A stretch of DNA of 61,394 nucleotides from a virus (IMGVR_UViG_3300021139_000014:1-61394); one strand, 5' to 3'; positions 18,314 to 27,514 are shown, numbered from the stretch's first letter. Numbers and translations are program-made. Notes: generated from the letters alone by a model not told the origin.

Positions 18314-19284
18314 TAGTATATCTTATTGTTTATTATCCTCTTGTTTCTAACTTCAAAATTGCCATCTTTTTCTACCATGATGTGTGCAAATCCTAAGTTG
18401 TGCTTAGTCCCATGAGGGTCGTAATCAGGCGAAAGAGTACACAAACATCCAGAAGACCAACAAGCAATGTTTTCCTCTTTAATATTGCTCTCAGAATGCT
18501 CTGATGTGGTATGCACATGACCTATCAACATAGATGATTTAACCCTTGTAAACACGCCTCTAGCAGCATTAACAGGCGCCATAAATCCTCTTACAATAGT
18601 ATGCCCATGTAATAGGTGTAGCTTGCCGGCCCTTACAACAATGTTTTGCTCATAGAAGTCTATATTGTATTTCTTTAAATCAAGTCTCTGTGGTAGTCTA
18701 AAGTATTCATCATTGAAAAGCATTGGAGCCTTCTTCATTAAATAACGTACATACCAGTTATCATGGTTGCCCTCAATCCAAACAATGTGTGCCTTAGGAA
18801 ATATTGTTCTTAGATGACTTAGAAAGATTTGGCAATACTCAAACCACTCTACAACATCATCAGGGCTTGGCGGGGGAGCATCGTGATTAGTGAATGGAGT
18901 GTTATCTAAAATGTCTCCACCTAATACTATGCAGTTTATCTTCTCTTTCTTTCCGTATTCTATGGCTAATTTAATAGCCTCGTTATCTTGATTGGGAATA
19001 TGTATATCGGACATCCAAAGTATATTGTTGGAGCTGACAGGTAGGTCTACAAACTTTCTAGAGGAACATTTTGATGGGGGCAAATCAGGAGTGTGTGGCA
19101 CACTTACTCTTTTGCTACTATACTCTCCATTTGCTCCTGTGACTCTTCTTACGTAAGTTCTAGCCTCTTCTTGACTAGAGTAGATTGCCTCGTAATCGTT
19201 GAACAATTTTGCAGCGATAGAGGATTTAGATATTGAAGGAAACTTCAATACATAATCAGCTGCTAGCTGAATTTTTTGACTCAT
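18313..19284 (-). CDS. Calcineurin-like metallophosphoesterase
   Basis: SDIH, GDILD, GNHD, HGH, GHVH motifs. Confidence 0.9.
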   Translation of the reverse strand: MSQKIQLAADYVLKFPSISKSSIAAKLFNDYEAIYSSQEEARTYVRRVTGANGEYSSKRVSVPHTPDLPPSKCSSRKFVDLPVSSNNILWMSDIHIPNQDNEAIKLAIEYGKKEKINCIVLGGDILDNTPFTNHDAPPPSPDDVVEWFEYCQIFLSHLRTIFPKAHIVWIEGNHDNWYVRYLMKKAPMLFNDEYFRLPQRLDLKKYNIDFYEQNIVVRAGKLHLLHGHTIVRGFMAPVNAARGVFTRVKSSMLIGHVHTTSEHSESNIKEENIACWSSGCLCTLSPDYDPHGTKHNLGFAHIMVEKDGNFEVRNKRIINNKIY

Positions 19285-19287
19285 GTG

Positions 19288-19593
19288 TTATAGTTTTGTT
19301 ATGGCCTCTTGGTATAATTCAATAAACTTCTTCTTGAATCCTACAGGCGGCAATTCGAAAACATTTCCCACAACACTCTCTGCATAATATGCTCTCACTA
19401 ATCCCTCTACAGAGGTTATCTTTTCATTCAACAATGGGTTGGATATGCCACCGATAAATAAACCCTTATCAATAACCTCAGACTCAATAGAATCGATGTT
19501 ATTATTATCTTCTAAATTTGAAATTGCATATACGGAATACTGAACCTCCTTAGCATATGGAGATTCTGCTATGTACTTTAGTGTGTCTTGCAT
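19288..19593 (-). CDS. Hypothetical protein
   Basis: 101-aa ORF. Confidence 0.65.
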   Translation of the reverse strand: MQDTLKYIAESPYAKEVQYSVYAISNLEDNNNIDSIESEVIDKGLFIGGISNPLLNEKITSVEGLVRAYYAESVVGNVFELPPVGFKKKFIELYQEAITKL

Positions 19594-19604
19594 CTGGCGT
19601 GATG

Positions 19605-19910
19605 TTATTTAGATAAAAATTTTATAGCTAGTTCTATTAAGAAAGCAAGTACACCTCCAACCGAAAGAACACCCAACCAAAACCATTTTACTTTCTTTAG
19701 TTGCTCATCGTGTTTTTCAACTATATCTGAAATCTCCTTAACATCAGCAACCAAGCCGTTGCTCTGAGTGAGTTTGTTCCCAATCAGAGCATCTATAACT
19801 TGTGTTAATTTTTTATCCATGGAGTCTAGCTTAGACTCAACGTCATTTAACTTATTCTCCATAGTTGATAATCTTGCGTCCATTAATGTTATCTCAGTTT
19901 GGATGTCCAT
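19605..19910 (-). CDS. Coiled-coil membrane protein (XhlA/holin-like)
   Basis: Heptad N-terminus and one C-terminal TM helix, near the lysis genes. Confidence 0.6.
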   Translation of the reverse strand: MDIQTEITLMDARLSTMENKLNDVESKLDSMDKKLTQVIDALIGNKLTQSNGLVADVKEISDIVEKHDEQLKKVKWFWLGVLSVGGVLAFLIELAIKFLSK

Positions 19911-20113
19911 TATTCAGCAGTTTGAACATCAACTTGAACTGTATTTTCAGCAACCGTAACATCAGCAGCATCTTCTGTAGCTACATTAGCGATTACATTT
20001 TCAGCTGACAAACTCTTGATTAAGTCGATTACGCTTACGCCATTTTTACATGGTACATCTTGGTGGAACCAAGCAGCGATTTGATTTAGATTTACATCTG
20101 TTAATTGGTACAT
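19910..20113 (-). CDS. Hypothetical protein
   Basis: 67-aa ORF. Confidence 0.6.
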   Translation of the reverse strand: MYQLTDVNLNQIAAWFHQDVPCKNGVSVIDLIKSLSAENVIANVATEDAADVTVAENTVQVDVQTAE

Positions 20114-20123
20114 ATACTTTTAT

Positions 20124-20585
20124 TTAAGATTCTTTAATATCCACCACTGGCGCTTCAGACTTTGGCTCTTCTTTTTTAACCTCTTCTTTCTTAGCCAATA
20201 CCTTCTCTAATAAGATAGGAAAGTAGTCTTCTGTTTCAATGTTATATAACTCTCCTACATTAATAGCAGGAACGTCAATGTTCTTTTCAATAGACAATAA
20301 CTCAAACAAATCTTTTTGGAATGCCTCCATCTTGTCCTCAGCTACAACATAGTTGCCACCTTCTTTCTCCTCTCCGTATTCCTTAATCAATTCGTTTCTT
20401 GATTCCTCAAACTCCTTTACATATTCAGCTACCTTTTTGTTAAGCTCATTGTTCAATGCATACTTAACTCGGATGCTTAATTTGCTTGATAAAATGCCTT
20501 TTGTTCTTTCTCCTGTTTGCTGATTGATAATTCTACCGTTCAATTCTTCAGATAGAACTAAAATCTCATTAAGTGATAATTTCAT
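20124..20585 (-). CDS. Acidic helical protein, possible tail-assembly chaperone
   Basis: RNELIKEYGEE...FQKDLFELL pattern resembling DUF1617-like proteins. Confidence 0.55.
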   Translation of the reverse strand: MKLSLNEILVLSEELNGRIINQQTGERTKGILSSKLSIRVKYALNNELNKKVAEYVKEFEESRNELIKEYGEEKEGGNYVVAEDKMEAFQKDLFELLSIEKNIDVPAINVGELYNIETEDYFPILLEKVLAKKEEVKKEEPKSEAPVVDIKES

Positions 20586-20616
20586 GGTTGTTAAAATTTA
20601 GTGCTAAGTTACACAA

Positions 20617-20862
20617 TTATTCCGATTCGTTAATTATTTTTTCCATATCTTTTGGATGCTTGTCTCTAGCCTGCTCTATAATCCAATCTTGGGTGTCAAG
20701 AGTCATCTCTAAAACTTGAATCTCTCCTTTCAGAGAGTCAATAGTTATATCCTTAGCTTGGATAGATTCTATATTTTCTTTATATGACTCCAAGGTACTT
20801 ATTTTATGTACGATGAAGCCATATAAAAGAAATATTATTACGTAAATTATAGTCTTTTTCAT
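20617..20862 (-). CDS. TM plus coiled-coil protein (spanin-like)
   Basis: N-terminal TM helix, follows the endolysin; ATG 20862 lies downstream of promoter TACCTTTG (20875-20882). Confidence 0.5.
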   Translation of the reverse strand: MKKTIIYVIIFLLYGFIVHKISTLESYKENIESIQAKDITIDSLKGEIQVLEMTLDTQDWIIEQARDKHPKDMEKIINESE

Positions 20863-20895
20863 GTGCCTTTTTTGCAAAGGTATGAACAAAAGTAA

Positions 20896-21498
20896 TTACG
20901 CAGCTAAAATTTTATGAAAATCTTGAAAATGTTTTAAACGGTCAGGTAAACCAATCGTTCCACCATTAACACGCTTAGTGATTTTTGTAACCACCTCTTC
21001 AGTTGGTCCACCATCTGCGATAGCACTTAGTCCGTTTTTATTCCAGAACCAAGCAGCTGATGCTAATGGATATTTTGTTCCAACTAACTCAGGGTGAGCT
21101 ACACAATCTTCTCCTATTGCTTTTGTAAATGAAGCATAGTTTTCTTTTCCTGTTAATTGGATAAAGCCTCTTCCATGATATTTATAACCATCACCAGACG
21201 CTTCATCACCATTTCCCATACGGTTGCCATAAACTTTATTTGCTATTTTTTCGGGTTGTCTTGCATAAGCTGCAGCTTCCTCAGGAGTAGGGAAATACTT
21301 ATGAAAAATCTTTTGTAATCCATCAGCTGAGTAGTTTAAATTCTCATTGATGATTTTAAAGTCTCCACTTTCGTGAGCTGCTTGTGCTAAGAAGTGTGCC
21401 ATTCTTAATGGACTATCAATACCAAACTTAGATGAAACCTCATCTAATTGTCCAAGAACTGAATCTGGTATGTGTCCTTTTAATCCTGCTGTATTCAT
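20896..21498 (-). CDS. Endolysin, glycoside hydrolase family 19
   Basis: AHFLAQAAHES, ENLNYS, YHGRGFIQLTGKENY, TKRVNGG. Confidence 0.93.
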   Translation of the reverse strand: MNTAGLKGHIPDSVLGQLDEVSSKFGIDSPLRMAHFLAQAAHESGDFKIINENLNYSADGLQKIFHKYFPTPEEAAAYARQPEKIANKVYGNRMGNGDEASGDGYKYHGRGFIQLTGKENYASFTKAIGEDCVAHPELVGTKYPLASAAWFWNKNGLSAIADGGPTEEVVTKITKRVNGGTIGLPDRLKHFQDFHKILAA

Positions 21499-21758
21499 TA
21501 TTCAGTTGGTTTTTCGTCCTTAGAAATATTTTTGTTACCGAAGATAGCCTCAGCACCTGCAATACCTAAACAACCAAATGTTGTGTACAACAAGCCATTG
21601 AATACTACTGGCTCAACAACGAATACCTTGCCCATAGCACCTGTAACTACATCCGTTAAACCATAAATTACCATTGTAATGAAGGCTGTTACACCTACTA
21701 CTACCTTTGCGTTAATGTCGCTTTTATCAGCGAACATTTTTAATAAGAATTGTTTCAT
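21498..21758 (-). CDS. Putative holin (two TM helices)
   Basis: Two hydrophobic helices and a charged tail; overlaps the endolysin start. Confidence 0.7.
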   Translation of the reverse strand: MKQFLLKMFADKSDINAKVVVGVTAFITMVIYGLTDVVTGAMGKVFVVEPVVFNGLLYTTFGCLGIAGAEAIFGNKNISKDEKPTE

Positions 21759-21764
21759 TTTTTT

Positions 21765-22367
21765 TTATTTTAATTTCCAATAAAGTGACGTACCGATTAC
21801 AGGAGTTAGGTTTGTGGTAACCCCTACTGAAAGACTATATATTTTATCAGTCTTTGTTTGTAACATTAAACCACCACCAATGCTATGTACAAAGTTTGGC
21901 TTATCTAATGACATATTCAATCCATAATAGATGTGACTCTTAGGTAGGTCTTTTACTATTAAGGTTTCCTTGATTGTTCTTTGCTTCACACTAGCCGTAT
22001 ACTTTCTAGACTCAATCTTATTTTTGCTGATGGTATCTTGCACATATACAGAACCTAAGCTATCAGGTAATTGTAGGGTGTCCTTGTATACATTTTTTGC
22101 AAAGTATTCCTTGATGATTTGTAAGGTGTCTACGTTCATAGGGATAGGAACATAGATTGTGCTGTCGTGATAGATGTCCTCGCCTTTCTTTGTAACTACC
22201 TTAGTCTTTACAATGTCAACGGTGTCTATAGTATGCTTGATAACCTCGTAAGGTTTACCATCAATGTACTTGATTTCAGGAGAGAATGGATTGTGCTTTC
22301 CGAATACGCCAAAATATATTGCTACCAATGCAGCTAATCCAGCTGCTATCTTTATGATATTTTTCAT
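21765..22367 (-). CDS. Lysis-associated envelope protein (spanin-like, C-terminal beta strands)
   Basis: N-terminal TM, DT-rich stalk, ends SLYWKLK; ATG 22367 is 3 nt after promoter TAAATTTG (22371-22378). Confidence 0.55.
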   Translation of the reverse strand: MKNIIKIAAGLAALVAIYFGVFGKHNPFSPEIKYIDGKPYEVIKHTIDTVDIVKTKVVTKKGEDIYHDSTIYVPIPMNVDTLQIIKEYFAKNVYKDTLQLPDSLGSVYVQDTISKNKIESRKYTASVKQRTIKETLIVKDLPKSHIYYGLNMSLDKPNFVHSIGGGLMLQTKTDKIYSLSVGVTTNLTPVIGTSLYWKLK

Positions 22368-22375
22368 ACCCAAAT

Positions 22376-23554
22376 TTACAAATTAAATTTTGAACCAACT
22401 AATATCCCAACCGAGTTGGTAGGGGGTGGCATATACTTGATATTAGCGATGATTCTGAACCTTTTAGATAAGGCTATATCAAAGCTATTACCCACTATAA
22501 AGCTCAGTTTACTATTGTTTACCAAGGCATCTGTTCCTGTTATATATGAGGTGGGGGAGTTCATTATAAACAACTCAGGGGTAAAGCTGATTCTACGACT
22601 ATAGGGAATGGCTTTCATTCCAAATAAAACTACAGAAGACATCAGCAAGGTTTGCGACTGAACTTTAGTTGCAATTAAGGCTAGGTTGTAACCATAAACA
22701 TAGGGAGCTTTCATAGCCACATAGGAGTAGGCTCCCATATAAATAAGATTTCCTCCACTATAAACTGTTGAGACAGAATAACTGTTTGCGCCTAAAAGTT
22801 CTCCATTAGAGAACTCGGCAACTGAATACCTAGCTGATAAGGCTACCATGTTAAGGCCTATGATTGCTGTTGCCCCATATGACATCTCTCCTGTTAATGA
22901 TGACTGAGAAAGACCTAAATTTGCTGAAGGAGTAAAATTTCCCCTAATTTGCTGAACAGCACTAAGGTCAGAAGAAAATATTATTGGAGTCATGGCGCTG
23001 CCAGACTTCTTGCTTTCTTTTTTCTCCTCCTTTTTCTCCTCTTTCTTTTCTTCCTTCTTGTCTTCAGATTTGCTCTCAGACTTGCTTTCGGACTTGGATT
23101 CGGATTTTGTATCAGAAGAAGACTCACTCTTACTACCCTCACTTTGTGACGAGGATGATGAAGAATTGCCATCACTTTGTGACGGGCTACTTGCAGGTGG
23201 GGGTGCTGCTGCAGGAGGAGGGGGCGGTGGTGGAGGCGGAGGAATGGCTGCTGATATGCTACTAGAAACCACAGAGTTTGTTATTGCTGCCACAGGGCAT
23301 GGAGCTGAATATTGAGCATAGACCTGATTAACCCAAGCCATAAATGTCCCACTAGAAACATCAGCAGGGGTAAAGTATTTAGCCTTACCCATGAATACGA
23401 TTGTACTACCTTGTAGGGGGATTATGAATACTGTAACCTTCTTGGTGCAAGGGTCAACAAATGTGTTCACTAAAGTTTGTGCGTTCACGGAATCGTGAAC
23501 AAGCAAAAAAAGTGTACATAATAATGTACAGATTATTTTATTTCGTAAAGACAT
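22376..23554 (-). CDS. Secreted protein: Cys-pair domain, Pro/Ser/KE linker, putative outer-membrane beta-barrel
   Basis: Signal peptide; DPC..APC; poly-P, poly-S and KKEE repeats; alternating amphipathic strands ending GILVGSKFNL. Confidence 0.65.
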   Translation of the reverse strand: MSLRNKIICTLLCTLFLLVHDSVNAQTLVNTFVDPCTKKVTVFIIPLQGSTIVFMGKAKYFTPADVSSGTFMAWVNQVYAQYSAPCPVAAITNSVVSSSISAAIPPPPPPPPPPAAAPPPASSPSQSDGNSSSSSSQSEGSKSESSSDTKSESKSESKSESKSEDKKEEKKEEKKEEKKESKKSGSAMTPIIFSSDLSAVQQIRGNFTPSANLGLSQSSLTGEMSYGATAIIGLNMVALSARYSVAEFSNGELLGANSYSVSTVYSGGNLIYMGAYSYVAMKAPYVYGYNLALIATKVQSQTLLMSSVVLFGMKAIPYSRRISFTPELFIMNSPTSYITGTDALVNNSKLSFIVGNSFDIALSKRFRIIANIKYMPPPTNSVGILVGSKFNL

Positions 23555-24257
23555 TTTTCTTAATCATTCTTGATAGGATTCTTGCACATGCAATATCTAA
23601 TGCTTTTTTTGTGGCAGTTCCTATGGTTGATTGATTAAACTTAACCTCACTTAAATTGGCATCATTAAGTAGACTTGCTTCTCTTGTTGTCTTAGCCTCT
23701 CCTAATCCTGAGGCTGCTATAATCTCTCCTGTCTCTGCATCAGTAAATCTTACCTGTAGACCTAATCTTGTTACAACAGTTTCTTTAACACCATCCTTCA
23801 CCTTAATCTCCTCATCCTCGCTGACAGAGAAATCATAACACTCTATCTCTACGAAGTAATGGGCTAATCTAATCTTTCCTCTTCCGTCCAACTTATCTTG
23901 AGAAATTCCTGCTTGGCTTGCTTGGAATTGCTTGACCATTCTGTTTTTGATTTCTGTCTTATCTTCTGTGAAAGTAAACCTATTGAGGTTCTCAAGGTAC
24001 TCAAGGGTAATGTTAGCAACTCCAAGTCCAACTTTCTTTTCCTTAAGCTCTGGGAATTGTTCATAGATTTCATCTGATATACCACATTTTAATATTTGAA
24101 TAGGAATAGTTGGTCCACTATAATCCATGTATTGACTGATGTCAATCTTGGTCTCAAAGCTAGCAGAATATTTTTCTGTAGATGTTTTTGCTATCTGACC
24201 AAATGAAAATAGTGATATTAATAAACTACCACTTAGGAGCTTCGTCTTTAAATTCAT
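23538..24257 (-). CDS. CsgG/HfaB-like protein
   Basis: Signal peptide; GLGVANI..E.L...NRFTFTE; AHYFV; LGLQVRFTDAETGEIIAASGLG; IGTATKKAL. Confidence 0.75.
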   Translation of the reverse strand: MNLKTKLLSGSLLISLFSFGQIAKTSTEKYSASFETKIDISQYMDYSGPTIPIQILKCGISDEIYEQFPELKEKKVGLGVANITLEYLENLNRFTFTEDKTEIKNRMVKQFQASQAGISQDKLDGRGKIRLAHYFVEIECYDFSVSEDEEIKVKDGVKETVVTRLGLQVRFTDAETGEIIAASGLGEAKTTREASLLNDANLSEVKFNQSTIGTATKKALDIACARILSRMIKKNVFTK

Positions 24258-24564
24258 CGCCTTCTTTTTTCTTTGGTTTTGGTTTTGATTCAGCTGGTTT
24301 GTCTGCACTCTTTTCTTTTATTACGACAGTCTTCGTAGATTGAGCAGGTTGTTGCTGAGTAGGCACGCTGATATTGATTTGTGGTTGAGCAGCCTTATCT
24401 TCTTTCTTTCCGCTAAACATAGAAATTACCGCAGCACCACCGGCAGTTACAATAGTACCAATAGTACCGATTACTGTTTTACTTAAACCCTTAGCGGTTC
24501 CGTCATTGTGCTTTTCGTTTTTCTCCATTTGCTCTTCTGGAGTCTTTTCTGTTTTCTTTGCCAT
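24226..24564 (-). CDS. Single-pass membrane protein with a disordered tail
   Basis: Gly/Thr-rich TM (VIGTIGTIVTAGGAAVISMF), then QPQINISVP and a charged tail. Confidence 0.7.
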   Translation of the reverse strand: MAKKTEKTPEEQMEKNEKHNDGTAKGLSKTVIGTIGTIVTAGGAAVISMFSGKKEDKAAQPQINISVPTQQQPAQSTKTVVIKEKSADKPAESKPKPKKKEGDEFKDEAPKW

Positions 24565-24565
24565 A

Positions 24566-24916
24566 TTATTTCTTTATTAGTATTGGTGTCTTTGAGGTGT
24601 TGCCGTTCATATCCATTAAGATTAAATCATAGCTACCATCAGGAAGATTGCTTAGGTTATCTGTCTTGATTAGTTGCTGATTAGGAGATGAGATGCCATA
24701 AGACTTGTAGGTCTTGTTTGACATATCAGTTATCAATAGACTATACTTTTGATTAGGCTCAACATTAAAGGTCATGTTAATCACACCTGTGGTAGGATTA
24801 GGAGACACATTGAATGAGCCTGTAGATAGTGGCATTGATGGGGCGATAGGTGCATCATAGGTTTTTCTGCAAGAGATTATAAAAATGACACAGCAAGCGA
24901 TTATAATTTTTCTCAT
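24566..24916 (-). CDS. Lipoprotein consisting of a T9SS type A C-terminal sorting domain
   Basis: Lipobox-like IISC; VSPNPTTG...ITDMS...LSNLPDGSYDLIL...ILIKK matches the T9SS CTD pattern. Confidence 0.75.
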   Translation of the reverse strand: MRKIIIACCVIFIISCRKTYDAPIAPSMPLSTGSFNVSPNPTTGVINMTFNVEPNQKYSLLITDMSNKTYKSYGISSPNQQLIKTDNLSNLPDGSYDLILMDMNGNTSKTPILIKK

Positions 24917-26556
24917 TATTTAAAGTTATTTATTCCAAGTATTCTAATTGATTGAGAGTTTAGGTTTACGCCTAATTGATTTCCTTTGTTGTCTGAGGCA
25001 TCCATGTTATCAGTAACTGTTACCAAGGTGCTGATGTTTGCTCCACCATTGATTGCCTTTAATCTAACGATGTATGGCGTTCCTGAAACAGGGTTTGATA
25101 AGGTCTTGTCTATGCCACCAAACTTTAACTTACCACCATCTATCTTAAAGAAGTTTAACCAAGAGGCATCTGTATTAGCTGATACAGTGTCTACCATAAG
25201 CTTAGTCTCATCAAACAATAATTCAAATTGCAAACCACAGACCTTAGAGTCTGTGCTGATATTGAATGGGATAGAGATGTAGTCATTTTGTGCTACCACA
25301 TTAGATAGATTAACATTTACAGGACTCTTAGTTTGAATAGGAGTATTTACGAATGAGAATGATTTAATGTTATTGCCTGCATCTACCACCTGAGAACTAT
25401 GAGAACGATTCACATCCCCTGCTATTAAATAGTTTAATACTAATGGCTGACTTACCTGACCTGTTTTAAAGTAAACATAATCAGTATAGCTCTTTGCATT
25501 CCAATTAGTAGTAGACAAGGCGTTGAACTCTGTTCTAGGCATTAGGTATAAAGATGGAGTAAGACTATCTACACCTGCCACATGACTTAGTAATAAGTAA
25601 GGGTCAGCACCATCTAATTTTTTATTGTAGTTGATGTCAGCAGCAAGATAACCTGCTCCTGTCATGATGTTTGAGTTGTTAAATGTTCCGTCTAAATTTT
25701 GGCTACCAAACTCCCCCAATACTGCAGCAGCATCAGAAATTGTAATAGCTGATTGTGCTTTTGTTTTTAGGCTATCTATAGCCACCTGAACCTTGTAGGT
25801 TGTATTAGCACTCAACTCTGAGGCTAAAGAAAAGTTACCATTAATATCAGGGTATACTGTTGCCTTTAATGCGCTAGTTGCTGAGTCAGAGAATAATAGT
25901 TTTGGCTGAACAGAATTTACCACATATAAACTTCCTTTGACAAGTTCGTTTTGTCCTGCACCAAGTTGTACCCATGTAGACCTTGGGTCTGGCATATTCG
26001 TAGCAAGATTAGCACCTGTTCTATCCCATGTTGTAGCAAAGTTCATATACAAAGAATCGTAGGCAGAACCTGCTGCTACGTTGTTAACCTTTAAGTTAAC
26101 TTTTAGGAAGTCACCATCTAACAGGTTAGCAGCTGAACTAACAGTAACGTATATTCGCTGTATAGCGTTAGGACCATTCGCGTTGTAAGAGTAGTTGCAA
26201 TAGTTGTAGTTTTGTGTTCCATTTCTTGTGAAGTTCTGTGCGTTTCTTAGATAGGTATATCCTGGGTAGAAGTAGTTTGTAAAACTTGTTGTGCCACCTT
26301 GAGGAAGGGCTGAGTTACCTGCTGACACATCTATTATACTAAATAACTTATAGTTGTATTGGAAGTCAAAGTAAATCGTACGAGTGGTAGAGCCGTTGCC
26401 TCGGTAGTTTACTATCATCTGTACGGTGTCTCCTTTTGAAATAAGATTGCCGTGTATGTTTTGAGTTATACTTGCGTTTTGGAAGTATAAGTCAGGAACC
26501 TGCGCTGTTACATTTATATATAAAAAAGTAATAAAACACAATAATAATAATTTCAT
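24916..26556 (-). CDS. Secreted cohesin- and dockerin-like domain protein
   Basis: Signal peptide; FDFQYN cohesin-like N-domain; AADINYNKKLDGADPYLLL EF-hand/dockerin-like loop; C-terminal ISIPFNI..GLQFELLFDETKL cohesin-like domain. Confidence 0.7.
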   Translation of the reverse strand: MKLLLLCFITFLYINVTAQVPDLYFQNASITQNIHGNLISKGDTVQMIVNYRGNGSTTRTIYFDFQYNYKLFSIIDVSAGNSALPQGGTTSFTNYFYPGYTYLRNAQNFTRNGTQNYNYCNYSYNANGPNAIQRIYVTVSSAANLLDGDFLKVNLKVNNVAAGSAYDSLYMNFATTWDRTGANLATNMPDPRSTWVQLGAGQNELVKGSLYVVNSVQPKLLFSDSATSALKATVYPDINGNFSLASELSANTTYKVQVAIDSLKTKAQSAITISDAAAVLGEFGSQNLDGTFNNSNIMTGAGYLAADINYNKKLDGADPYLLLSHVAGVDSLTPSLYLMPRTEFNALSTTNWNAKSYTDYVYFKTGQVSQPLVLNYLIAGDVNRSHSSQVVDAGNNIKSFSFVNTPIQTKSPVNVNLSNVVAQNDYISIPFNISTDSKVCGLQFELLFDETKLMVDTVSANTDASWLNFFKIDGGKLKFGGIDKTLSNPVSGTPYIVRLKAINGGANISTLVTVTDNMDASDNKGNQLGVNLNSQSIRILGINNFK

Positions 26557-26557
26557 T

Positions 26558-27025
26558 TTAATCTAATAACTTGTTACACAATGCGTTACATGCTTTCTTT
26601 ATCGCTGTGCTTAAGTTGGTCTGATTAAAAGTACCCTTTTCGCTTATTACAAGTGTTGATGTAGAGACCTCTGTTGCTGATTCTTCTACTATTTGTTCCT
26701 TGGACTTCTTTCCGTCATTAACAATATAGCCTTTCATTCTTATTACAACAGCATTATCATCCTTGTGGAATACGGACATATTGCTTTTTGTAAGCAATAC
26801 ATCCATATAAATAAGCTCCACAAATATCTGTTTTTTTGATGAAGGCGACAAATCAAGGCCTTTGTCCTGAGCTACCTCCTCTAATATATTCTTTACCCCA
26901 AATTCAATCTTTCTATTGCCGGCAAGATTACCTACCTTAATAAAGTTCTTGACATCCATTATGGCAATATTCTGTCCTGATACTTGGTGGCAAGTAAATA
27001 ATAAAAGAATCAGTAAGTATTTCAT
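26558..27025 (-). CDS. Secreted protein, putative second CsgG/TolB-N-like fold
   Basis: Signal peptide; FGVKNILEE and FNQTNLSTAIKKAC parallel GVANITLE and FNQSTIGTATKKAL of the CsgG-like protein. Confidence 0.55.
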   Translation of the reverse strand: MKYLLILLLFTCHQVSGQNIAIMDVKNFIKVGNLAGNRKIEFGVKNILEEVAQDKGLDLSPSSKKQIFVELIYMDVLLTKSNMSVFHKDDNAVVIRMKGYIVNDGKKSKEQIVEESATEVSTSTLVISEKGTFNQTNLSTAIKKACNALCNKLLD

Positions 27026-27510
27026 TAGCAATCAATTACATGCTCTGCTCCAAATAAACCTACTAACTTTGTTTTTAAATGGCTGTAGCCAAATGCAAAG
27101 ATTGTTCCAGATTCTACTGAAGACATGTCAGGAACAGTTGCTGTGTAAGTTTCTGTTGAGTCTTGGTTTTGCCATTCTGTAACTGCAGGAGTAACAATAG
27201 TTACACCATCCTCAGCCATAACAGCAGGAGTAACAACCACCTCTACACGTCTTGTTGCAGTTCTTGTAGCCTCAACCTCTTTAGTTAAAGCAACCCATAA
27301 ATTATCTCCAATTTGCTGATTACGAGCAACACCAACCTGCATAGGAGGATTAGCAGCTGTTGAAGAAGGTACATCAGATTGAGATTGGAATAATTCAATT
27401 CTGAAATTTGCACTACCATACTTTGATAATTGGTAGTCTGCAATACGCACATAAGCTTCTGATGTGATGCCTTTATCTGTGCCGATTTGTGTTGTAATTT
27501 TTAACGCCAT
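27025..27510 (-). CDS. Tail-fibre-associated protein
   Basis: Directly follows the fibre gene; VTPAV repeat. Confidence 0.6.
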   Translation of the reverse strand: MALKITTQIGTDKGITSEAYVRIADYQLSKYGSANFRIELFQSQSDVPSSTAANPPMQVGVARNQQIGDNLWVALTKEVEATRTATRRVEVVVTPAVMAEDGVTIVTPAVTEWQNQDSTETYTATVPDMSSVESGTIFAFGYSHLKTKLVGLFGAEHVIDC

Positions 27511-27514
27511 TTTT

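Noticed and set aside
22949-23315. Several overlapping ORFs in other frames (22949+, 22984+, 22990-, 22992+)
   Set aside because: These are shadows of the low-complexity Pro/Ser/KE linker, which lacks stop codons in several frames.
23538-24257. Complete curli biogenesis operon
   Set aside because: No curlin repeats and no recognisable CsgE or CsgF; only CsgG-like folds are present.
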